Assembly (NCBI GenBank): GCA_020137815.1
Contig: CM035356.1
Span: forward strand, 3,720,001-3,784,000
DNA length: 64,000 nucleotides
Reading direction: 5' to 3'
Origin: Hormiphora californensis
Taxonomy: Eukaryota; Animalia; Ctenophora
A model generated the notes under the pieces. It made no database searches. It worked only from the letters and a program-made list of their open reading frames with translations, and was not told the DNA's origin. Made by a program: the position numbers and the translations under genes. The stretch's first letter is position 1. Every line of letters begins with the position of its first letter. Shown here piece after piece: positions 47,801-62,234 of the stretch.

Positions 47801-48668
47801 GGTGCCAACGCAGTTTATGACGGTGACTGGAGGGAGGATAAGAGACATGGTTATGGTACATACAGTGTGGTAATCGATGGGGCACCCTTTAAACAGTACG
47901 CAGGAGGTTGGAAAAATGATAAACGACACGGGTGAGTCTTCAGAATTTAATCAGGCCATTAGGCCAAGTTCAGTAAAACTTCACAATTAGCTTCCCACAT
48001 TGACATTATATTCGCTTTTTCTACGTGGCTTGGTGTTTTGTGAAACCACTACCTAACCCCCTCCACAACAGGTACGGTACGTTTTACTACAGTGAAAATG
48101 AACACTATGAGGGAGAGTGGTATGAGAGCAAGAGGAATGGTTGGGGAAGGATGTACTACGAAGATGGCTCTGTTTACGAGGGCAGGTTAGTTTGGTTTGG
48201 TTTTAGAATTTAGAGAAAATTTTAGTTTGAAGAATTTGGTTGAGAAACAAAGAAGTGAGAGCCAAAACAAAGTTCCGACACCGTGTCGGACACGCAAATA
48301 TGTAACTAATCGTGTGTCACAGGGAGGATGCCCACTATGCACTGGGAAAACAGTTTCATAATATTCGACTTCACAACACAGTTGATTATGAATGGAAAAA
48401 CTTGTGTGATCACATAATTTTCTCCTGCATTTTGATTCTGAATGCCAGTAGAGATTTGAAAAACACAATACCTGCATGGGATAATATAGTGAAGAAGTTA
48501 GAAGAATACAGAATTAGGGTAAAGCTACAATTAATACAATGTTCCAAGTATAATGTGCTAGCTCATACATAACCAGCTATTGATTACTACGGCATTCCTC
48601 TCTTTCTATCGATACGAGTCTCCAGTACCATCTTTGAAATCTGAATCTCTCTCTCTCTCTCTCTCTCC

Positions 48669-48742
<74 letters not shown>

Positions 48743-49255
48743 ATATTCCCTTTTCTCATATCCTAGCAACCGCTTTTGTATAATGCAAAACAACGATAAC
48801 AATAAACTTTTCCCCCGGTACCTTTTAGGGCGGGGTGCCAACGCATTTTATGCGGTGCTGGAGGGAGGACAAGAGGCATGGTTATGGCATACAGGGTGGT
48901 AATCGATGGGGCACCCTTTAAACAGTACCCAGGAGGATGGAAAAACGATAAACGACACGGGTGAGTCGTCAGAATAGGTAACATTATCTGATACCCAATT
49001 TATATCATGATAGTATCATATAAACCACCCCCCTGCTGATATTTCCCGCAGTCTACTGTGGTATATCAAATAATTAAGTCCAAAAACCAATTAAATAAAT
49101 TAGTTTGGATGCCCGGGCCCATGTGGTGTCACGGGGGTAACACCTTTAGGCTACTGCCATAACGGCATATCTCGTTAATTGTTAATTGTTCTCCTTCAAT
49201 CTGTCTATCTCTATCTATCTCTCTCAGTCTCTCTCTCACTCTCTCTCTCACACAC

Positions 49256-49321
<66 letters not shown>

Positions 49322-52300
49322 ACTGTTTCTTTCACTATATCTCTCTTTTTTCTCCCTCCTCTTATTTATCTCTTCGTCTTTCTTGATTATATCGCACTCT
49401 TTCTATCCTAATTTCCTTTGCCTTTATCTCTCCCGATATCCATCATTTATGACAGTAGCCTAAAGGTGTTACCCCCGTGACACCACATGGGCCCGGGCAT
49501 CCAAACTAATTTATTTAATTGGTTTTTGGACTTAATTTCTGTTCTTTTTGGTGTAAAATAGAAAAAGCTATTTTTTCTAATTTCTGCATATTTTCGAATT
49601 TGAATAATTCATAAATATACGAATAACGACTAAACGGTGAGAGATACGACTTTTTGTCAGCGGGACGACCCCCCATAAATCGACTATTTTGCGCCGGAAT
49701 ATGTCCATGAAAACGTTCTAGAACCAGCCGAAGTGGAAATATTAAGAATATGCATTAAATCATACACCGGTGCATAAATATGCAAATAACGGCTTAACGG
49801 TGCGAGATAGAGATTTTTGTCCCGAGTAAGACCCCCCATAAATCGACTATTTTGCGTCGAAACATGTCCCTGAAAACGTTCTAAGACCAGCCGAACTGGA
49901 AATATTTAGAATATGCATAAAAATCATGAATCGGTGCATAAATATGCAATTAACGGCTAAACGGTGCGAGATACGACTTTTTGTCCGGGGGACGACCCCC
50001 CATAAATCGACCATTTTACGTCGAAATGTGTCCATGAAAACGTTCTAGGACCAGCTGAAGTGAAAATATTGAAAATATGCATAAAATCGTGAATAGGTGC
50101 ATAAATATGCAAATAACGGCTTAACGGTGCGAGATAGAGATTTTTGTCCCGAGTAAGACCCCCCATAAATCGACCATTCCGCGTCGACTAAGACCGGTTT
50201 CAAGTCTTTATAACCTTCGAGTCGTGTCATATCGCAACCATGGTTAAAATGAATATTTAATGAGTAATTAATGAATAATTAATGAACTATGGCGATTTCG
50301 AAGTTCTCACACAGCTATTACCGAGCGCAATGATGTAAGGAACCACTGTTCCAAACGGCAAGTCTCTACTATTTGTGGTTTAGGAGAACACTCAAAGATA
50401 AAAAAGCGTCCTCCCCCCCTCCCCCTCCCCCTCCCCCTCCCCTCCTTTACATTTTTGCATTTTGGGACCCCTCTGGCAAATTTTTACCTTACATCCGATC
50501 GTTCTGAAAATTTGCATGCCTCTTCTCCTATATGAGGGCACTCAGAGTACAAAATTTCAGCTCTCTACTTCATCTGGAACATGCCTTTTTAAAGCATCAA
50601 AAACCTCGAAATCTGCAATGGTATATAGTAGCACTGGCAGTTTCACGCGCTTGTGTGAAGAAGTGTTGCGTGTGCTCTCTCTTTTGTTTTTTGAGTTAGA
50701 GGGTATTTCTAAGGTGGGGGCTCTGCCCCCACACCCCCCTTTTGGGCCCGGGGCACTTGCCAGTGCTATGATTCCCTCCCTCTGTTTTCACACCTTTCAT
50801 AATTCCCGGGGTCGGTTTATAAGAAATAACCACGGCTAGTAAAGTGATGAAATTTGATAATCCCCTACGGGGATTATCACACGATATTCCCCTCGTCACT
50901 CCGTTCCTCGTGGATATCGTATTGATATACCAGCCTAATAGGCTGGTATATCAGATTTCATCCCTCTACTAGCCGGGGTTATCTATATTATGTTCGCAAA
51001 AGGCAAGCTTCCCCTCGTCCGACCCGAAGTTGGAATCATATGGGTTTAGTTTGTCGAACCGGCAAGTTGCTAACATGTTTCAAATCTTCACTACTTCTCA
51101 AATGATCCCATACTTTCAGTCTAATCCCAAAATCCTATTAAAAATAGAGACAAAAATAACGGCACCAAACTGTGAAATGCCCTTGCATTAGTGCGAGTAG
51201 AATAAAATCAATTTTCTATCTAAAGGCCGAGTTTATAGCAAGAAAGGACTATTTTACAACGAATTCTCTGGTTAGTATGGTAACCAACTCCGTTGTCATG
51301 GTAAATCAATCGAACTCTATCGAGTTCTATCGCCAGCAACTGGATGAAAATTTATCCATTTCATTATGCACAATGCACAGGCTTTGGTTACGAAGTTACC
51401 CCTTGCCAGCGTGTGCACGCGAAGGTCGCCCGGCGACAGAGTGTGAGGTGTCTTCGATACCAAGCACAGGCTTGTGTAACAAAAAGGGGCGTTTTTATAG
51501 CTTATTGTTCATCATAACCTGAAATAAATAATTTTCATTGCTTTCACAAAGTCTCAAAGTTTGAATATCAAATTTGCCAAAATTGTGCAGGGGCCACCCC
51601 AAAATTAATCTCTAAGTAATTAATTAATTAATTTTGACTATTCCCACTTTCTGTAGATTATATTATATGTTTTATGCATGAAGAACATTCCTAGAAAGTT
51701 TCAAGTCGATATTTTAAGCAGAACGGAAAATATAATTTAGTGCATGGGCAAACAAAATGGTGCAAGGGCACATGTTCAGGGGAAATTTGCACAAATTGTG
51801 CAAGGGCAAATTTTGATTAATTTGCCTATAATTAATTACCTAATTGATATATCAATCATACGGCTCTTCTAGTACTCGTAGTTATGCTACTAGAACATGC
51901 ATAGAAAGTTTCGTGTCAAAATATTAAACGGTGTGGACACAGTTCGATCATAAAATTGGTGCAAGGGCTGCCCTTGCACCATTTGCCCTTGCACATTGCC
52001 TGCCCTTGCACCAAATTCCATTTTTTGCACGGCTCTAACTAACTAATTAATTAATTTTGACTATTCCCACTTTTCGAACATCATCTTTTATGATTGAAGA
52101 ACATTCCTACAAAGTTTCAAGTCGATATTTTAAGCAGAACGGAAAATAGAATTTGGTGCAAGGGCGCGGTGCAAGGGACAGAACACGCAATGTGCAAGGG
52201 CACGGTGCCCTTGCACCGTTTTTAATTACCTATAATTAATTAATTAATTAAAAATTCAAAAATCCGCCAACGTCATGACACAAAGGAATACTACAAGAAC

Positions 52301-55300
52301 ATGCCTACAAAATTTCAAGTCGATATCTCAAACGGTGTGGCCACAATCGTTGACATGTTTTTTGCCCCCCCCCCCCAAAAAAAAGACCTTTCTTTGTTCT
52401 TAATAGGGCCGGCATTTTTGGGTTTTTGTGCAAGGGCAAAAAATTTTTTTTTCTTTTTTTCGTTTTTTGCTGTTTTCTTCGGGTCGGAGGTGCCTGCCGG
52501 CACCTAAATAAACCACCCCCCCTGTTGATATTTCCCGCACTCTACTGTGGTATATCAGATAATTTCTCCTTCACACTGTCGCTGTGAATTTCCCCCTTCA
52601 TAATTCCCTTCCTTTTTTCCCGCCGTCTACAGTTCAAATGAATACAGTTCAAATTACATGAATACAGTTCAAATTACAGTTCAAATGTGAATAATAATAA
52701 AGAAACATAATCAATCTTTTGGGGGTGGTTTATAATAAATAACCCCACTGTGTGTCGGGATGAAATATGCGATATTCCCTTGCCTTCGGCTGCGGGAATA
52801 TCAGCAGTTATTCCCTGCTCGCTCCGCGAGCAGTGGAATAACTGAACGATATACCACCCTGTCAGATTTCATCCCGACACACACAGGGGCGTCGACACGG
52901 GTATGGCAGGTATGGCGGCCGCCATACCTGGAATTCCCAGGCAAAGGTGAATTTATATACCACCCTGGCCCGAACCCGTGTCGACGCCCCTGACACAGTG
53001 GGGTTATCTATATTATATCCGATATCTGACATGAGAAAGTTTTCATCTCTTCTCCTACCTACATTCAAATGTAACCTCTGATCACGACCCCTTTCTGGTC
53101 AAATTCAGTAAAACTCAACAATCAGCTCATTGTCATAGTTGAGTCTTCGCTATATATCTAAGTACGTGGCTTGATCTCTACGTGACCCCGACAATTCCCC
53201 CACAGGTACGGTACGTTTTATTACAGTGAAAATGAGCACTATGAGGGAGAGTGGTACGAGAGCAAGAGGAATGGTTGGGGAAGGATGTACTACGAAGATG
53301 GCTCTGTTTATGAGGGCAGGTTAGTTTGGTTTGGTTTTAGAATTTAGAGAAAATTTTAGTTTGAAGAATTTGGTTGAGAAACAAAGAAGTGAGAGCTAAA
53401 ACAAAGTTCCGACACCGTGTCGGACACGCAAAGATGTAACAAATCGTGTGTCACAGGGAGGATGCCCACTATGCACTGGGAGAACAGTTTCATAATATTC
53501 GACTTTAGTACCTCTTTCTTTGCTTCACAACACAGTTGATTATGAATGGAAAAACTTGTGTGATCACATAATTTTCTCCTGCATTTTGATTCTGAATGCC
53601 AGTAGAGATTTGATAAACACAATACGTGTATGGGATATCATAGTGAAGAAGTTAGAAGAATACAGAATCAGGATACAGCTACCTGCTACAATTAATACAA
53701 TGTTTCAAGTATAATATCCTAGCTCATTTCATATCAACTATTGATTACGGTGGCATTTCTCTCTTTCAGCTAGCTGCAGCTTTCTATCGAGTCTCTAGTA
53801 CCATCTCTGAAATCTGAATGTTTCTTTTTCTCTCTCTCCCTTTCCTCCCCCTCCCCTCTCTGTCTCTCTCTCCCTTTCCTTCTCCCCTTTTCTCTCATAA
53901 ATTGCTGAGTACGATACCACTATCTTCCCATCTCGCATATTCCTTACTTTCCCTTTTCTTCCATCCCCTGCTAGCACATATAGCGCTGACTTCCTTGGGG
54001 TTGCTGTGGCTTGCTATTGTCAGCACTCCATTCCAATTGCCACCATTGATTCCCCTTTGTTCCCGCTCCAAGGAGCTCGTCTCCCCACTCATGACCATAC
54101 CACTCCAAGGGTCCAGGGAGCCTTTCCTCTTGTATCCACTAATTATTCCCCGCCGTGGTTCCGCTCGGTATGATGGTATGGTAAGGACAGATTCCTGATC
54201 CCGGCTCCCTAAGACGACACCCCGGACTCGTCCCGAGATGGTTGAAGTTGAGGCAAGGGCCATGTTTGCAACTCTTCGCAAGCTACCTTGTACACGGACA
54301 AGTGGTGCCGAGTGGTTAGTGGTAACCACCCGTCCATCTCCACAGCGTAGCCACACCCTAAACCGTTCCATTCGCCAGTAGTATAGGACAGGGTTGACGG
54401 CGCTGTTCAGGTAAACCCGCATGAATATGAGGAAGTTTTGATAGTAGAAGTATCGGTTTTTAGTCCAATCAAAAGCATGGAAGTTATACTGATAGCCGCT
54501 GTGAGTGTCAATTAGTGTTAAAATAACGGTAATCACGTGTGGCGTGCTAAACACGATATAGACCACTGAAAACAGGAGAATTGTGTTGGTTGCACGGCGA
54601 CGGGTATTGGTGTTTCCTGATTTGAAAGCGCTCATTCGGAGTGTTGTGATGGATGTGACACAACTAACACACACCACAAGAAGCGGCACGACATAGTGAA
54701 TTATTGTACCCAGCTCCAGGACATAATACTGGTATCCAAGGGAGAGCGTCACTGGGTTAAACCGCATCACACACGAACTGAGATCAGCATCAAATGCAGT
54801 GGTAACATGACCCGTGAGGTTGTACGCCACAAACTGGATCACTTGGAAAACAAGGTATACGGTAATGGCAATCCAAACCCAGATAGTCCTTTGTCTTTTA
54901 AAGGGTTGGATAATGGATACAGTCCGAGAGGTGCTGAGAATCACCACTAGGAAGACACTCAACCTCACAATACAGTTGTACAAATACACCCAGAAAGTAC
55001 AGAGGGGTGTATTTGAAAATATCGGGTATGGGGTACGGTTGTTGAACAGGCTGATACTGACTGGCAGGGCGGAGAGACAGATTAGGGCATCATTGAGGGA
55101 GATAATCTTGTAGAGGATGTTAGAGATGTCTCTACGGTGTGTTCGGAAGTAGAAGAACGCGAAGGAGTTACCGAGAACTCCAATAACTGCTAGGAAGGTG
55201 TAGGTAGTGGCATAGAAAATATCCAAGGGTCTGTTGTAGTTGGGTTTGAAGACGGTGGATAAGGGGAGAGAGGTGGATATGTCGAGATTGCCAAACAGTA

Positions 55301-57398
55301 CCGGCTGGACCATGGGTGGAGAAAATCACCTAAAATACACGATGTTGGTTTAGTTTTGAAAAAGTCAACAAACATAAGTCAATTTCGACATAGTTTTGAT
55401 ATATTGATGATGGTCCTTGTCCCGGAAAGTGCTCTACTCACGGTTGCGAGGAGCTATTTACAAGTAAAACAAGGAAGTTTTAGTTTAACAGTTTACACAT
55501 GTTTCAATACAAATTGTATTTCATCAGAATATATAAATTATAAATAGGTTAGCAAGATCATGAGAACTGGGAAAGGACTGATCTGCCGAAGCCTCACAGT
55601 TGTGTAGCTCACACTGCGCTTTGTGAGGGTTCAGTAAACCAAGGTCATAGTAGACAGCGTAAATGCGTTCGCCAAAGTAGAGTCAAGGTCGTTAGCTGTA
55701 TCTAATTAGTCTGAGCGATTACAAGTTCTCGTCTATTTAAGAAGACGACATCGATTAATGCGGAACAACACGGTACCATGCTCTCACGGAACAAATAGAT
55801 TAACATTTTGATGGGGTGACAAATAGAAGATTTAATTGCTATTCTAAATTCTTTTAAAAGGGTTTCCAAAATGGGAATTGGAATTTACTATATCATTGGT
55901 AACGATAGCATGAATCATGATGGTGCATCCGGCTGGGACAAAATTAATGTTCGCATTTCTCTCACACATTCTCTCTCCCCCGCTACTATCGTTGTGCATA
56001 CAAAAGCAGCTTGTGTATATGAGCGATGCAATCAGCACTGGCGCCTGTAATAACTAACAATTCCACAACAAATGTAGGCGGGATAAATAACAATCGGTTC
56101 CGCAGAAACGCAATTTGAGAGAAAGGAGAGAGAGAAAGGGAGAGAACAATGTTTTAGATTCGTAAGGAAACGCCTCGCACTATGCACAATGGAATGGAAA
56201 TCTATGGACTCGATTCATCCGACAGTTTCGACCTCATGAATAAAAATTGTGTGAAGAAAAGAGAGCTAGAGCCCCCAGCTGTAGAACAGGAATACATTAA
56301 GAAATGGTACACTGTTAAAGGAGCTCAAATCGGGCGGTTGGAATGTATGTTGGAGAGCTGAATATAATAACTTTGTATGAATGCGTTCTATATTTGAAAC
56401 TGGGGCCGGCCACTGAAACAATTTCAAATGAATCATTTCCTTAACTACCAAAGCAGTTAGCAGTAAGAGTCACATGATAGAGTATTTAAAGTTTCCAAAT
56501 CGATTCTCCGGCCGCAAAAAACAAACACCTGTTCCCATGCTATTACCGCCCTTTTTACCTGGAGCCATCCTATTAAACACCAATCATCCTATCAAACAGC
56601 AATCATATTGTCAAACAGCAACCTAAACACCTGCTGAGCTATGAACACACTAAAGGTTTTATGGAGGTTTCAATTTAGTAGACATATATTCCTTTGAATA
56701 ATAGCAATTTCTTCGCGGCATAATAGCCCGCTACCCATCCCCTTCTTTTGTTAGGTGGGACAATGATCTGAGAGACGGCGAGGGAACCCTCCGCTTACCA
56801 AACAACAATCGATTCGAGGGCAGCTGGTCAAAGGGGAAGAAGAATGGTAACGGATGTCACTACTACCTTGACCGGGGACAGGTGAGTCAAGGGTGAAGGG
56901 CGGATCAAGTGAGAGGGAGAAGCTGAGAAGAGTGGCAGAGAAATATGGGAGGTGGGAGGGGGAGAAGCTGAGAAGAGTGGCAAATTGAGGGAGCCGGAGA
57001 GACAGAGATCCCGAGAGAGATGTGAGGGGAGGCAAAAATATATTCATTGTACTAAAACATGCTCACTTACAAAAGGACGCCGTGTCTGACCCTAACAGTA
57101 GTATTAAAGCTTCAGTAATATTTACATATATGCATACTACTATGTACTACTATTACTACTACTGCTACTAGCAAATTATATTCCTGTTTTCCACACCGCT
57201 CCGTCACCTCCCTTCTACCTCCCTCTTTAGGTGTACGAAGGAGTATGGGTAGAAAACGTTCCAAAGTGCGGCGAGATGAGAGATTTAAACCGGGAGAACG
57301 CACCCTTACCCACAGAATACCCCATCCCGACCCTACAACTTGCACAACCAGCCACAGTTATTGGCGAGGCTGTTCAGACGTTTATGTCTGAAGACTAA
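44855..57398 (+). CDS. MORN3: MORN repeat-containing protein 3. Exons 44855-45005, 47784-47931, 48072-48185 (or duplicate 53206-53319), 56755-56881, 57231-57398
   Basis: WKEWDQKAQKGGLRHTVF, tandem Y.G.W....RHG.G MORN repeats, C-terminal VYEGVWVENVPKCGEM...APLPTEYPIPTLQL typical of MORN3. Confidence 0.88.
45122..46753 (-). CDS. SCPEP1: Serine carboxypeptidase S10 (SCPEP1/RISC-like), nested antisense in MORN3 intron 1. Exons 46753-46507, 46409-46282, 46201-45122
   Basis: Signal peptide; WLQGGPGGSGTGYGNFMEVGP, LLFIDSPVGAGFSY, FSESYGGK, YNGMLDFI, SGHMVPID. Confidence 0.85.
48826..48968 (+). pseudogene. Degenerate duplicate of MORN3 exon 2
   Basis: Near-copy of 47797-47946 with small deletions and no intact acceptor. 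Confidence 0.8.
49072..49537. repeat. ~90-bp inverted repeat (49072-49162 / 49447-49537) around a CT-rich tract
   Basis: AATTAAGTCCAAAAACC...GGCTACTGCCATAA versus its reverse complement. Confidence 0.8.
49600..50185. repeat. ~165-bp tandem repeat with two alternating unit types
   Basis: AACGGTG(A/C)GAGATA...CCCCCCATAAATCGAC recurs four times. Confidence 0.75.
51585..52506. repeat. Interspersed repeat rich in TGCAAGGGCA motifs, ending in a hairpin; probable non-autonomous DNA transposon
   Basis: Repeated TGCAAGGGC/GCCCTTGCA and AAAGTTTCAAGTCGATAT blocks; terminal AGGTGCC-TGCC-GGCACCT hairpin. Confidence 0.5.
53895..55313 (-). CDS. Rhodopsin-type GPCR, intronless, nested antisense in a MORN3 intron
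   Basis: Seven hydrophobic segments; GVLGN, ISLND, LSTSRT at the DRY position, FSTP, NSAVNPVLYYWR (NPxxY). Confidence 0.88.
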   Translation of the reverse strand: MVQPVLFGNLDISTSLPLSTVFKPNYNRPLDIFYATTYTFLAVIGVLGNSFAFFYFRTHRRDISNILYKIISLNDALICLSALPVSISLFNNRTPYPIFSNTPLCTFWVYLYNCIVRLSVFLVVILSTSRTVSIIQPFKRQRTIWVWIAITVYLVFQVIQFVAYNLTGHVTTAFDADLSSCVMRFNPVTLSLGYQYYVLELGTIIHYVVPLLVVCVSCVTSITTLRMSAFKSGNTNTRRRATNTILLFSVVYIVFSTPHVITVILTLIDTHSGYQYNFHAFDWTKNRYFYYQNFLIFMRVYLNSAVNPVLYYWRMERFRVWLRCGDGRVVTTNHSAPLVRVQGSLRRVANMALASTSTISGRVRGVVLGSRDQESVLTIPSYRAEPRRGIISGYKRKGSLDPWSGMVMSGETSSLEREQRGINGGNWNGVLTIASHSNPKEVSAICASRGWKKRESKEYARWEDSGIVLSNL

Positions 57399-57686
57399 CG
57401 ATGTCATGATGCAAACCCAACGACCTACATCATGAGAGAGATTGTATAAATGTTTAAATGTTCAGAGATTTGTGAAAGGACATCAGACTTTGGATGAAAA
57501 CTAAAAACTGGAAGAGAGGGGACAGATGATACAAGTGATTTGAACAGTGTTCGATTAGAACTGAAATTCGGGATGTTATCTATTCATTTTGTGTGTACGA
57601 ATGTATTGCTAAACAACATCAAACTTCAAAAACACACAAAATCAAAAATGAAAACTAGATATTTAAAAAATTAATTAATTTTATGA

Positions 57687-60193
<2,507 letters not shown>

Positions 60194-60488
60194 GAATGTG
60201 ATTTAATACAGTTGGACCCCGATATACCGGGCAAAAACCTTTCCCCCAAGCATCCCGGTAAATCGGGGTTTGACTGCAGTACTGATCTTCTTCGGGCTGT
60301 ATCACATACATGTGTGTTATCTGTGAGTGTGTTTTTTGGAACGAATATAAAGAATTATCAGACGATGATATTTTGCTGTGGTAAACTGCTTGTATAATAT
60401 TTGTGTACAGATCAATTAACCCTGCTAATTACACACCTCCCTAACTAATGAGAGTTTTAGAGTTACTAAAAACACGGCACTTGTATCA

Positions 60489-62234
60489 TTAAAAAATCAC
60501 TTTGTTCGGTAGAATTTCTGCAGTAGACAATATCAGTTCTGTGCTCCATACTTTGTCAAAGTCCATGTTTCCCCATTCCTCGCACACACTCTCCCTTGCC
60601 TTGTCGTCTGTCACAACAGCAGTAGCAACCCCTGATCGGGCCGCTGCGTCTTTATTCTCTATAGACAGAGTCTTCCCCTCCACCCACCCATCGACATAAT
60701 CCTTTCCATTCGCTAAATTCTTTAACATGCTCGCCAGCTCTGTTCTCAGTGATCTGTCCGTAATGAAAGAGGCAGTATCGGAAAATGCCTCCATTTTATA
60801 TCCAAACAGAGCGATCGTATCCTTGGCATGGAATGCTGCGATTTGCTCTGTAAACACGGTTGTTCGATAAGGAATGAACAATCTGAGGACATCTCTATTA
60901 GTCGTTCCCTTCATAAGTGTCACAACATCATTAATTGGACAAGTTGATCGGAGGTCTGATGTTAGATAATTCCACATGTCCGTCGCACTTAGATCAGGAT
61001 ACAACTCATACACTTTGTCCAATATTTGGGCATCATTTGTGATATTCGGGAACAGTTCACCAAGTGTGGTGTTTAGTTCTGAGTAGCTGTCGAAAGTGTT
61101 ACTGCTCACCATGTAGGCATTCTCCTCCCTCAAATTGGAAACAACCACTGTGACGCCTGATGAGGGTGTAAAGGTAGCACTAGACAAGTCCCTGGAGTTC
61201 TGAGGGTATACAATCGGGTCCGTCACCACGCAACCAACATACTCTCCAGCCTCTCCGTACCGCATAGGGAAGTCAAAGTAGGCGGATAATCCAAGTTCAC
61301 TTGCAGCTGCCTCACCTAGCTCCAAGGCCACAGCCAGAACACTGAACTTGGATGGTGATAGTTCTCGTAAACAGGCGGCAGTCTCATTATTGGACGTCTT
61401 GTTGCCACAGAATGTGTCCACAAAGATCCTCTGAAATTGGAGGTCATCTGTTTCAGTGTAGTTATGTCTCACTTCTATAGCGGGGCTAAGTGCAACTGCC
61501 GTGCTGAACAAGTTATTAGCTAGGGGTGATCCGACAAGGGTCATTACTGCTGTTGCCCCGCCACTCTCCCCCAATATCATAACCCTATCAGGGTTACCCC
61601 CGAATGAGGCGATATTATCTTTCACCCACTCTAATGCTAGGACCATATCTCGTATACCAGCGTTCGCATAATGAACGTCCGGCTCCCATAGCTCTTCAAT
61701 GGCTGAAAACCCGAGAAAACCGAGTCTGTAGTTGATGTTAACCGTCACCGAATCAACAAGTTGTGTCGTCTCTGCATCAAAACTGTAACCCTTGGCGTTT
61801 CCATATCCCGTTACCACACCACCCCCGTGTATCCAGACAATAACGGGCCGAGATCCAGAGGGGTCAGGTGTCATCACGGTCAGCACAAGGCAATCCTCAA
61901 CTCCTCCACCCAAATCGAACTGGATACACTGGATATCCGCTGTATCTGTTCCATCCACTGCCGTGTCAGCGGTAACTGTATGGGCCACTGGAGGTTTGAA
62001 TCTCAAATCACCGACGGGTGCTACCCCGTACTTTATGTTATAGTAGGAGTAGATTGAACTACCGTCTGTTAATTCCGTCTTTAGGCCTTTTATTTTTCCC
62101 GACGTAGCCGTAGTTATGATTAGATTGTTGTCTCCCGGCAAGTAGAGCACTAGGACCACGACAATAGCAGCAGCAATAGCGATGCAACATGCTACTGAGA
62201 TGCCAATGATGATCTTGATTTTCTGGGACACCAT
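60489..62234 (-). CDS. Type B carboxylesterase with N-terminal signal anchor, intronless
   Basis: GDLRFKPP, EDCL, WIHGGG, NYRLGFLGF, FGGNPDRV, GESGG nucleophile elbow, FHAKD catalytic His region. Confidence 0.92.
   Translation of the reverse strand: MVSQKIKIIIGISVACCIAIAAAIVVVLVLYLPGDNNLIITTATSGKIKGLKTELTDGSSIYSYYNIKYGVAPVGDLRFKPPVAHTVTADTAVDGTDTADIQCIQFDLGGGVEDCLVLTVMTPDPSGSRPVIVWIHGGGVVTGYGNAKGYSFDAETTQLVDSVTVNINYRLGFLGFSAIEELWEPDVHYANAGIRDMVLALEWVKDNIASFGGNPDRVMILGESGGATAVMTLVGSPLANNLFSTAVALSPAIEVRHNYTETDDLQFQRIFVDTFCGNKTSNNETAACLRELSPSKFSVLAVALELGEAAASELGLSAYFDFPMRYGEAGEYVGCVVTDPIVYPQNSRDLSSATFTPSSGVTVVVSNLREENAYMVSSNTFDSYSELNTTLGELFPNITNDAQILDKVYELYPDLSATDMWNYLTSDLRSTCPINDVVTLMKGTTNRDVLRLFIPYRTTVFTEQIAAFHAKDTIALFGYKMEAFSDTASFITDRSLRTELASMLKNLANGKDYVDGWVEGKTLSIENKDAAARSGVATAVVTDDKARESVCEEWGNMDFDKVWSTELILSTAEILPNKVIF

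Noticed and set aside
60208-60278. Tiny element TACAGTTGGACCCCG...CGGGGTTTGACTG
   Set aside because: Possibly a degenerate Tc1/mariner-type MITE, but too short and imperfect to call
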